Positions 13,127-24,059 of a stretch of 64,000 nucleotides of DNA are shown here, one piece after another. This stretch comes from Octopus bimaculoides (taxonomy: Eukaryota). Position 1 is the first letter of the stretch, and the number at the start of each line of letters is the position of its first letter. The translations under genes and the position numbers were made by a program. The stretch lies in NCBI RefSeq assembly GCF_001194135.2, contig NC_068995.1, positions 38,033,426 through 38,097,425 on the forward strand, given 5' to 3'. The notes under the pieces were generated by a model, which saw only the letters and a program-made list of their open reading frames with translations, ran no database searches and was not told where the DNA came from.

Positions 13127-13207
<81 letters not shown>

Positions 13208-13208
13208 A

Positions 13209-13520
13209 GACGCACAATGGCCCTGTAGTTATGGCAGCGGACTCGCGGTCGTAGGATCCCGGTTTCTTATTCCCAGACCGAGCCTTGTGAGTGTTTATTG
13301 ACTGAAGACGCCTAAAAGCTCCACGAGGCTCTGGTAGGGGGGGCACCCCTGTTGTCCTCTTTCGCTCAACTTTCTCTCACTCTTTCTTCTTACTAGATAA
13401 CACTCCGATGGACTGACGTCCCGTCCAGCTGGGAGAACACATACGCCATAGAAACCGGGAAACCGGGGCCCGTGAGCCTGGCTAGGCTTTAAAAACGCGC
13501 ATAAATAAATAAATACATAA
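13209..13520 (+). mobile_element. SINE family 3 (tRNA head, gatggactg..cgtccag core, (AAAT)n tail)
   Basis: A-box-like caatggccctgtagttatgg and B-box-like ggtttcttattcccagacc; internal gatggactgacgtcccgtccagctggg..agaaaccggg; ends ataaataaataaata. Confidence 0.7.
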
Positions 13521-14243
13521 ANNNNNNNNNNNNNNNNNNNNNNNNNNNNNNNNNNNNNNNNNNNNNNNNNNNNNNNNNNNNTATATATATATATATATAT
13601 ATATGCATATCTGTGTTTATGTGTTCGTGTGGTAAGATCATTATTCCGTACTTTGTAAAGGTATCGTTGGATCCTTTACATTTTTCTTTAATTATTGCTA
13701 CGTTTATGTCAATGAGTGTAGTGGTTGGCAGATGGTCAACAGAAACATATTACATATGTGCTTTTCAAGCTTAATGCGTTTGTATGATTTGATACAATGA
13801 ATTATCGTTTTGTTTCAGATTGCTGATTCAACCCATGCATGACAATCTGCTGTTTTACATATCGTCAATGGAAATACAGAGTAAATTTTGTCACACGGAA
13901 CATATTTGCTAACATAATTTCCAGTTGAGATTAAATTTGCTAATATGGGAAGATAACTAATATACTTCACTAATTAATCTAATGAAATTTACAAAATGGA
14001 CGTACTGAAATGAGAAGACTTTTGCAAACTGGCAAATTCTGTTGACATCTGTAGTGTAAAAATTCACCGATAACACACAATAGCAAATTTATTAGATTTC
14101 ATACTTTAAAACGAAAATCAGAAAGGTTTAATCGCAGCATATTTTGATAATCATGTCTTTCATGTCGTTATGTGTAATGGAATTACTCCTCCATATTGCA
14201 GATGTTAGAAATATATCGTAATATTACCATTAATTTAATAACT

Positions 14244-14261
14244 GCTTTTCTTTCATTCAAG
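14244..14261 (+). promoter_or_regulatory. Probable 3' splice acceptor of a 5'-UTR intron of the CR gene
   Basis: gcttttctttcattcaAG (AG at 14260-14261), preceded by a ttaat branch-like motif, 75 nt upstream of the ATG. Confidence 0.55.
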
Positions 14262-14336
14262 ATAATTGAACAAATTGTAAAATTACCAGTAATCTATAAG
14301 ATGACAATGTTAAATCACACACGGAAACACTGAAAA

Positions 14337-15530
14337 ATGATGTCAAAACAATATTTTGTGATTCTGATACCGGTTATATCGATAGTAATTTCGTGCCCCA
14401 CGTACAAGGATGAAACATTATTACAAGCAACTTTATTATCTAATTATAACAAAGGTGTGAGGCCTGTTATTGATTTATCTACAACTATCAATATCGAAGC
14501 TGCTTTATTTCTTCACACATTCTATGGTCTGGACTTTGTAAATAATATAGTTACAGCTCGGTACGACTTTAGTCTAGAATGGACTGACGAACTTCTGACT
14601 TGGAATCCTCTAGACTACAACAACATTACAGTTATATACATAGAAAAAGATAAGCTGTGGACACCAGAAATCGTAATGTGCAATGCAATGAAGGAATCAG
14701 AAGAGAAAGGTAGCTTTCTTGAAGTAAAGGTTTTTAATAATGGACGTGTACAAATGCGGTCACTAAAACTGCTGAAATCCTATTGCACATTTGATGCTTA
14801 CGCCTATCCATTTGACCAGCATGACTGCGAAATATACATTTGCGTTGCTTTGCATGATCCTGTCCATACAAGAATAAGAACACTTACATATGATAATTTA
14901 AATTATTCCCCAAACTATAACTGGGACATCGACTACAATGGTATAAAAAATGCTTCCGACCAGAGATTCAGCGTCGTATTTGCTCCATTGCATTTACGAC
15001 GTAGACTCACAATAGCTATTGTAGCTATGCTGATTCCAACAATAATGATGACTATTTTGACTATATTTGTCTTCCTTCTACCTCCAGAATCAGGGGAAAA
15101 AGTTTCTCTAGCTACGACAATATTTTTATCAAACGTTTTGTATCTTGTTGAAATCGAGAAAACTACACCGAGGAATTCCAAATTTCCTCCACTTCTTATG
15201 ACATACTTGATGCTATTATCACTTTTAAGTGGTATCGCAACACTTGGGTCGGTGATTATATGCAAGTTGTATGTCATTCAGTCATCTGATGAAAAGACAT
15301 CGAACCTCCCAGATCAAACAACAAACAAATCTCGAAGCAACAAAATTGCGGATAGTTCAACAATTACCACGAGAGAGAACGATCCCGTAACTTTGAACTC
15401 AAAATCAAATACGAAAACTAAATTTTGTATAACCGAATATTTCCGACTTGATGAGACATTCCTGAAAATTAGCATTATAACAACAGTAATAATTTCAATA
15501 TTATTTACTTCTTTCTTGTGTACACAATAG
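14337..15530 (+). CDS. Cephalopod chemotactile receptor (CR)-type pentameric ligand-gated cation channel subunit; atypical nAChR-like, CRT1-like paralog; single coding exon, 397 aa
   Basis: Uninterrupted ORF with a signal peptide (MMSKQYFVILIPVISIVIS) and the pLGIC motifs NY..GVRPV, WTDELLTWNPLDYNNIT and LWTPE. Cys-loop C150-x13-C164 (CTFDAYAYPFDQHDC); M1 ending FLLPPESGEK, M2 VSLATTIFLSNVLYLV, M3 and a terminal M4. Loop-C vicinal CC, loop-B Trp and loop-A Tyr are absent. Exact paralog name cannot be assigned without a search. Confidence 0.95.
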   Translation: MMSKQYFVILIPVISIVISCPTYKDETLLQATLLSNYNKGVRPVIDLSTTINIEAALFLHTFYGLDFVNNIVTARYDFSLEWTDELLTWNPLDYNNITVIYIEKDKLWTPEIVMCNAMKESEEKGSFLEVKVFNNGRVQMRSLKLLKSYCTFDAYAYPFDQHDCEIYICVALHDPVHTRIRTLTYDNLNYSPNYNWDIDYNGIKNASDQRFSVVFAPLHLRRRLTIAIVAMLIPTIMMTILTIFVFLLPPESGEKVSLATTIFLSNVLYLVEIEKTTPRNSKFPPLLMTYLMLLSLLSGIATLGSVIICKLYVIQSSDEKTSNLPDQTTNKSRSNKIADSSTITTRENDPVTLNSKSNTKTKFCITEYFRLDETFLKISIITTVIISILFTSFLCTQ

Positions 15531-15583
15531 AAGAAAAACTAGATGAGCAAGACATCATAATAGTAGATTTAGAACGACGGGTG

Positions 15584-15589
15584 AATAAA
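15584..15589 (+). promoter_or_regulatory. Candidate polyadenylation signal of the CR gene
   Basis: AATAAA 53 nt after the stop codon; weak evidence in AT-rich DNA. Confidence 0.35.
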
Positions 15590-16439
15590 TATATAACATC
15601 TTGAAATTCATATTTCTAATATCATAAATTTGTGTAATTTTGAGCAGTTTTAGCAACATATGAGAAGCTACATCATATAAGTTCATAAAACTACCGGAAT
15701 GATTACCAGATGCTGACTGAAAATCTGAAAAAATTAATGCGAATACAGACTGAAATTCTTTGAAATTTATGAAATCGCGAATCAAACATATCTACTACTG
15801 GATTGTGAACATGGTTTCTTACAATTTTCATTCGTGTGTATTATACATAAAACATAACACACAGTTTACACAATTATTCATACTTCAACGTCTGTATGAT
15901 TATATTTATAATTTATGACACTAACACAGGATCTTACAGGCATATGTGTCTAGGCACTAAAACACGGTGATACAAATAGACGGAGCTACGACGACTAACT
16001 CAAATGTTTGTATTTACATACAGTCGAATACATTTCCTATTCGACTATTCTATATAACAGACCATTACAGAAATCTGTCAATTTCACCACATCTGCTGAT
16101 AAAAGGAAAATCATGGAACCATATAGTTCTCTCAGAATTTCACAACTACCTCTCTATATATCAGGTTTAATAATATGCGATACAAGTATAAATTTTGTGC
16201 GATTTCATTAACAAAAACTTCATCTCTGTCTTAATGGCATGTGCAAATGTTTATTATTTTTACTGTTGAGAGTTTCCATATAATAATATAGTCATTGCAG
16301 ATATACGATTTTTTCCTCACGTGGATGTGAGTTCGAGTCTCATGGCTGGCCGCAGTCAGATTTTTCTGCAAAATATGGATAGTTTATCCTGTTCGTGCTC
16401 TTATATTAGCTTTATTCTACGTTTGAGAATAATTTGTTT

Positions 16440-16483
<44 letters not shown>

Positions 16484-17289
16484 CGCCNNNNNNNNNNNNN
16501 NNNNNNNNNNNNNNNNNNNNNNNNNNNNNNNNNNNNNNNNNNNNNNNNNNNNNNNNNNNNNNNNNNNNNNNNNNNNNNNNNNNNNNNNNNNNNNNNNNNN
16601 NNNNNNNNNNNNNNNNNNNNNNNNNNNNNNNNNNNNNNNNNNNNNNNNNNNNNNNNNNNNNNNNNNNNNNNNNNNNNNNNNNNNNNNNNNNNNNNNNNNN
16701 NNNNNNNNNNNNNNNNNNNNNNNNNNNNNNNNNNNNNNNNNNNNNNNNNNNNNNNNNNNNNNNNNNNNNNNNNNNNNNNNNNNNNNNNNNNNNNNNNNNN
16801 NNNNNNNNNNNNNNNNNNNNNNNNNNNNNNNNNNNNNNNNNNNNNNNNNNNNNNNNNNNNNNNNNNNNNNNNNNNNNNNNNNNNNNNNNNNNNNNNNNNN
16901 NNNNNNNNNNNNNNNNNNNNNNNNNNNNNNNNNNNNNNNNNNNNNNNNNNNNNNNNNNNNNNNNNNNNNNNNNNNNNNNNNNNNNNNNNNNNNNNNNNNN
17001 NNNNNNNNNNNNNNNNNNNNNNNNNNNNNNNNNNNNNNNNNNNNNNNNNNNNNNNNNNNNNNNNNNNNNNNNNNNNNNNNNNNNNNNNNNNNNNNNNNNN
17101 NNNNNNNNNNNNNNNNNNNNNNNTCCCCACCTCCCACCTCCCAACACCCTCACATCACACCACGCTACACCATATCCCACAACACATCACTTCACAACAC
17201 ACCACCACGCACACACCAGCACTGACCAACTCCCTTCCCCACCTTCACACCTACATACACACATAAATACGTTAAGATCACCAGCATTC

Positions 17290-17630
17290 TTTCTCACACA
17301 CACAGCTTCTTGTCTTGGGTTCACCACTTCTTTGTTATCTCCTCTTTTTGTTATCTCCCCTTTGTTATATCCCTTTTTTTCTTAGCTCTCCTGTGTGATC
17401 CTTCTGTCCGGCATTCGGCATGATAGATCGCTGACCACTACATTTATATTTTTTTCTCCTTGTTTCTCTCCTTATTTCTTTCTGTGTTCCTTTCAGTTGA
17501 AGAGCGTAGCGCGAAACGTCAAAGACTTTCTCTATTCCCGAGCGTTAAACTAATACATCCATTTGTTGTTTACACCAGCTGTCTTCGTCTGTTGTTTTTT
17601 TCGTAAATTCTTTCTCCCATATATAAATAT
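17290..17630 (+). mobile_element. Probable 3' terminal region of a Penelope-like element, containing a hammerhead-like core
   Basis: ttgaagagcgtagcgcgaaacgtc followed by an AT-rich tail; assignment inferred from the core motif. Confidence 0.4.
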
Positions 17631-18408
17631 ATATATATATANNNNNNNNNNNNNNNNNNNNNNNNNNNNNNNNNNNNNNNNNNNNNNNNNNNNNNNNNNN
17701 NNNNNNNNNNNNNNNNNNNNNNNNNNNNNNNNNNNNNNNNNNNNNNNNNNNNNNNNNNNNNNNNNNNNNNNNNNNNNNNNNNNNNNNNNNNNNNNNNNNN
17801 NNNNNNNNNNNNNNNNNNNNNNNNNNNNNNNNNNNNNNNNNNNNNNNNNNNNNNNNNNNNNNNNNNNNNNNNNNNNNNNNNNNNNNNNNNNNNNNNNNNN
17901 NNNNNNNNNNNNNNNNNNNNNNNNNNNNNNNNNNNNNNNNNNNNNNNNNNNNNNNNNNNNNNNNNNNNNNNNNNNNNNNNNNNNNNNNNNNNNNNNNNNN
18001 NNNNNNNNNNNNNNNNNNNNNNNNNNNNNNNNNNNNNNNNNNNNNNNNNNNNNNNNNNNNNNNNNNNNNNNNNNNNNNNNNNNNNNNNNNNNNNNNNNNN
18101 NNNNNNNNNNNNNNNNNNNNNNNNNNNNNNNNNNNNNNNNNNNNNNNNNNNNNNNNNNNNNNNNNNNNNNNNNNNNNNNNNNNNNNNNNNNNNNNNNNNN
18201 NNNNNNNNNNNNNNNNNNNNNNNNNNNNNNNNNNNNNNNNNNNNNNNNNNNNNNNNNNNNNNNNNNNNNNNNNNNNNNNNNNNNNNNNNNNNNNNNNNNN
18301 NNNNNNNNNNNNNNNNNNNNNNNNNNNNNNNNNNNNNNNNNNNNNNNNNNNNNNNNNNNNNNNNNNNNNNNNNNNNNNNNNNNNNNNNNNNNNNNNNNNN
18401 NNNNNNNN

Positions 18409-19311
18409 GGTTGAGTTTGATGTTAAGCTCCTTGAAGCATTACTTGAAGAAAATCCGGCATTATCAGCTGAAGAATCGGCAATAAAGCTTAGTTCAAAGC
18501 ATACAACTGTTCATCGTCATGTTCAACAAATTGGAAAGTTTCCTGAACTTGGAAAATGGGTGCCTCATGAATTGTCCGAAAACAAACCGCAAATCCTGTA
18601 TTGACATCTTCTCTCCATTTTCGTGGACTCATTTCACTCTTTTTGGATAGACTTGTGACTGGTGACGAAAAATGGATCTTCTATCGAAATGTTAAACGCC
18701 GTAAACAGTGGCTTGGTAAAAGAGAAAAGGCTCAACCACAACCGAGAAGGGAACTTCATAGGAAAACGTTTCTTCTCTCTATCTAGTAGGATTGCAAAGG
18801 AGTAATTCGCTTTGAATTGTTACCACCTAATGCAACAATCAATGCTCAAGTCTACTGACAGCAATTAGAGCGTTTGAACCAAACTTTGAAGAAAAAGTCC
18901 CACTTTAGTGAATCGAAAAAGAGTGATGTTTTATCCTGACAATGCGCGACCCCACACTGCAAAGATCACATCACAGAAGATCGAAGAGCTTGGTTGGGAA
19001 AAGAATTACTCATCCACCTTATTCTCCCGACCTTGCTCCTTCAGACTACTATTTGTTTCGTGGTTTATAGAATCATTTGGGGGACATAACATTCGCTAGC
19101 CAGGAGGAAGTCGAAACTGGCATTTCAGAGTGATTCGCTTTGAAACGAAAAGAGGTTTACATTGATGGGATTAAAAAGTTGTAAATAGATGAAAAGAAGT
19201 TATAGATAATCAGTAAAAGTACATTGATGATTAAATTTCAATTAAATATAACACTTGATCACATGTTTTCTTTATTCACAATTCGGACAGAACTTATGAG
19301 ATGAGCTGATA
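18409..19311 (+). mobile_element. Mariner (DD34D) transposase pseudogene with 3' TIR
   Basis: GKWVPHELSE, VTGDEKW, DNARPHTA and HPPYSPDLAPSDYY across stops and frameshifts; terminal cggacagaacttatgagatgagctgaTA. Confidence 0.92.
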
Positions 19312-19344
19312 TATACGTATATATGTATTTATACCTATATATAT

Positions 19345-20421
19345 TTTGAGTTAAACTGAGGAAGTCTACTATAGGGACATTGACCATGCTTCGTTAAGCT
19401 TACGGCGCGATGCAATGGACTTATGTAATGTTTCGAGTGGCACGGGCACTTCAAAAATGTTAGAGTGTCCCTGGAAGACCATGAGCGATCTGGAAGACCT
19501 ACTATAATGATCACTCCTGAAAATGTGGAGAAATTATCAGCTTGTGCATGAGGATTGCTGAAGGACAATTGTTGACATTGCTGATGCTGTTGGTCTGTCG
19601 TATGCAACCGTGTAGGCAATGCTAACTACTTAATTGAACATGCGGCGTGTCTTTGCCAAGTTTTGCCCCGCCTGATAATCACTGAGCAGAAAGAATATCA
19701 CATCCATGTCTATCAAGATCACCGCCAGTGTATCGCTGATGGCCTATCCTTTATGTCGAGGATCATCACCAGTGGGTACAGTTGGAACTACGAGACGAAG
19801 CACCAATTGTCACAATGGAAGAGACCTTCATCTCCACTATCGAAGAAAGCACAACACAGCCGCAGCTCAATCAAAAGCATAGTCATATCTTTCTTCGATA
19901 TCTGCGGCAATGTAAATCGAGAATTCGTTCCCCAGGGTTAGACCGTCAAACGAGAGTCATGCTGCCATGTTTTGAAGCGTTTCACGGAGGACATTCTTCG
20001 AAAGCGACCGGATGTGTGGAGAGCGAAGCATTCGACTCTTCATTATGACAATGCACTATGTCACCGAGCTCTCCTCTCTCGTGTTTCTCACTCAAAACAA
20101 CATAGTATCGCTTCCGCACCCGCCCTATTCGCCATATTTGGCATCTGCAGATTTCCGTCTCTTCTCTAAGACCAAAATAGATGGAAGTACAGCTCAAAGG
20201 TCACCGTTTTAACACTCCTGTCGAGATCCAGATTGAATCGCAGGTGGTCCTCGAATCGCTTACGGAAAACGGCTTCCAGTCCGGATTCCGAAAGTGGCAG
20301 GAACGTTCCGACCGCTGTATTGCTGCGCAACGTGACTATTTTGAAAGTGATTATGCTGAAATTTAGGTTATTTTTGTTATTAGGCATAACTAGTCCAGGG
20401 ACGTTTTGATAGCACCTTTAT
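19345..20421 (+). mobile_element. Second mariner pseudogene (different subfamily), 5'-truncated, with 3' TIR
   Basis: LEDHERSGRP, YETKHQLSQWKRP, HYDNALCH, LPHPPYSPYLASADF and LKGHRF; ends agtccagggacgttttgatagcacctttaTA. Confidence 0.9.
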
Positions 20422-21233
20422 ATGTATATATACCTGTATACAGACACACACTCACATATACACACACACACACACTCACATACACACACACACACACCCA
20501 CACACATATATATATATATTTATATATACATACATAAACCTGATTCAAACACACTATGGGGTTAACAACAACATATACAGCAAGATACAAAGAAAACCAG
20601 AGTGAAGGTATCTATACTTCAAATTTTGTACTATACGATGTAAGTTTTTTATATGATTTCCGTCACAAAGAAAACATATATCGGTTAATTCAATGTAAAA
20701 TTGTTTCTAACCGATTTTTGTAGAAGAATATATCTATTTATTTCATCTCGCATACTCACGCTCAAACACGCAAACACAAACGCATAAATTTACATTTGTC
20801 AATAAATATTGTGACTACACCGCTATATTCGTTCAAGATTTGTACTACGAAATGAATAAACACTCGAAAGCGAATAAAACTCTTCGTGTTTGTATAGCTA
20901 CATAAATTTCTGGAGTTAACAGTTAATGATTATTTCGACAGTTAGGATGCAGCAAAATGTAACCACATCTACAGAGGTTGGTGCTGCAAGCAAGTCACTA
21001 ACGATCGCACAAGGTTTCCCTACACAAACAAATTCAAATATTGCTACGCTCACATTCATACACTGTCACACCCCCACATATATATACACACATACACACA
21101 CTCACACACAAATAGATATATAGGAACGTATGACTTTATATATATGTTTATGCTTGTGTGTATTCTAAATTTTATTGCTGTTTAACATATCATTTTTCAA
21201 CTTAATTAAAACGACTAACCACATTTACTGTAT

Positions 21234-21418
21234 GGGCGAAATGCTTAGCGGTATTTCGTCTGTCTTTACATTCTGAGTTCAATTTCCACCGAGGTCGACT
21301 TTACCTTTCATCCTTTCGGGGTCGACAAATTTCTTACCAGTTGCGTACTGGGGTCGCTCTAATCGATTGGCCTCATACCCCAAAATGTCGGGCCTTGTGC
21401 TTAGAGTAGAAAAGAATA
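21234..21418 (+). mobile_element. SINE family 1
   Basis: gggcgaaatgcttagcggtatttcgtc..gaggtcgact..ggccttgtgcttagagtagaaaagaat. Confidence 0.85.
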
Positions 21419-22452
21419 TCTTGTAACACATTTAGCGTGAAGATTATTCGGGATTTTGACAAACACTGAAGAAGGTGTATTCAAATCATTGATTAGACCA
21501 CTGATACCTGAAAAACTCGTTTGACAAAGTAATCGATAAGTAATATTTTATGCTTATAATGAATAAGTGAACTACAACGAATTTATGTAATTTTACTGGT
21601 CCAATTGCACTCGAAATAATACGTGTCTGAACATTCTATTTAAGATAAGCAATCTTCGATGTAGAGGAAATTGAAAGATCTAAGCTAGAAATAGCTGTAT
21701 AAAGAATATGTTCTCTTTTCTCGAGAAAACTATAACATTGCGATGTCTCCATTTCTTACAAGTAACTGAATCGTATTTAAACTATGTATTACTTCCATCT
21801 TTTGTGTAACTCTCTAACTATGCTCAAATTCACAGAACAAAAAAAAATTCAAACTGACATTGATCAAAGTCAAATAATATAACCTACTTCGTGGGATAAA
21901 CTATTACATTCACCACAAAAGATGAAAATATTTCTATGTTTTCTAAAGTATTGTGGAGATGAAACTTTTGATACCTCTGCAACAAACTAATTTGAATAAA
22001 ACGACAGCTTACTGTCAGATTAATGCTCGAAATAAAATTTCTAAGCATGTTATTTTACATGAACAATCTTGCAAGTCAAATATAAATCGAAATATCCGTA
22101 AGTATATCCAAGCAACCAAGAAGTTGATTAACAATATTCTTCTTACTGCTCAAACAAACAAACGACAAAAACAAACCCTAGTTTGAAGTCACAAGACTCA
22201 GAGAGATGGAAGCAAATATATCACAATATCATCGATACAAATTTTATTGCTCGAACATATAATTTCAAAAGAGACTTAGTGATAAGGGATACAAGTTAAG
22301 CATACAAACATACAATGCCATCGAATTGATGCGAATGAAATTCCAAAGAAGCACCAATTCTCAAATTATTTCACACTAAAAAGCCACACTCCGTTCAAAC
22401 ATTTTGTTCTAGCTTCTGTGGAGGGATAATTGGGCTTGCCGTCCAAAACATA

Positions 22453-22490
<38 letters not shown>

Positions 22491-22558
22491 NNNNNNNNNN
22501 NNNNNNNNNNNNNNNNNNNNNNNNNNNNNNNNNNNNNNNNNNNNNNNNNNNNNNNNNN

Positions 22559-22597
<39 letters not shown>

Positions 22598-22619
22598 TAT
22601 TTGTCTGTATCTGTGTCTG

Positions 22620-22830
22620 TACCATCACAATCGCTTGACAACCAATACTAGTGTGTTTATGTCCTCATAACTTAGTGGTTTGGCATAAGTGACTCATGAA
22701 ATAAGTACTAGGCTTACAAAAATAATTCTTCGGGTCGATTTCTTCTTCGACTAAAACTCTTAAAACTCTTTCTGGTGGTGCTCTAGCATATCCACAGTCA
22801 AATGACTGAAACAAGCAAAAGTAAAATAAA
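22620..22830 (+). mobile_element. SINE family 2, 3' half after a (TG)n array
   Basis: cgcttgacaacc..taagtactaggcttac..ggtggtgctctagcat..aaatgactgaaacaag; matches 43149-43322 and the reverse complement of 61358-61550. Confidence 0.8.
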
Positions 22831-24059
22831 ATACTATACAAGTAACTTGAACTGACAGATAACAAGCCTCACACTAGCAAACATGGAACACTATTTGATG
22901 CAATTAATATTGTGCACGTGGTTTATAAGCATAAACGCAGAATTACATTTTGCACTTCCATAATACTTATAATTTTCTACTTTCAACAGAATGTGTGTCT
23001 TTGGATTCTGTTCTAAAAATTTCTAGAAGTTACACTACCACCACAGTGGACAATGGCTAGTTGCAGTCCGAAAGAACTAGGTCATATTAATATTCAACCC
23101 TAATGGAATTAGATGTTCTTTTTTTAAGGGCTAACTGCTATCTCTCTCGATACTCGCTGGTCAAAAGAGCAAAACAAAAATCATATATATAATATTTGTA
23201 AGTATCCAATCACTATATTTGTTCAACATCTACTTATTTAATTGAGAGAATTTCGGTTTTTATTACATTTTAAAAATTTAGTTAGATGCATTAGTCATAT
23301 TTGTTGATGCTATGCGTATTTTATATATTCAGTTAAATTAATTTTCATATATATCAATGGGGGTACGGTTTATATATATATCAGTGGGGGTATAAATGGG
23401 GCTACGATTCACTATGTATCACATGCATGGAGTTAGATTATATTCATAACATCCACTTAACTATCACAAATTAGTTAGAAACGAAATAACACACGAGCTA
23501 GAGTATAACAGGTAGCAATACATTAAGAATGATTAACAAAAATACCAAATAGATAATGCCTAATTATAAATAGGAGCTAAAACAACACATTTTGAACCTA
23601 AAATACCTACAATAAGCTTAAAAGATCACAAACTCAATTTTAACAGTAACCCTACGCACAGAAAGTTATAAAATTTAAAACTGTGGTTTAATACACAGAA
23701 AGTAATATATTGGTTTAATATATTAGACGCAGAAAGAGTAAACAGCACATCCAAAGTAATATAGATAGCTATTATTCATCAATTAACCCTATACTACAAA
23801 ATAATACTCTCTTGTTGGCAAAAAATGAATTCTAACCTGACTATAAGCGAAATCAACATGATATTAGCAGCTGGGAAACCCATAATAAAAGTTGATAATA
23901 AATATTGGGTTAGGAAGGACACAAGTGATAGCTTTGACATTACAATGGTATCTACTGGTGCAGCACAGGTCACAGACATATTGGAAGTATATATATTACT
24001 TAATTTAGGTAACGAATTTCTATAATTCAGGGACTGTCTATATAGGTATGATGCACTTT

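Noticed and set aside
14933-15277. 114-aa antisense ORF over the receptor TM region
   Set aside because: Shadow frame of hydrophobic codons; no independent signals
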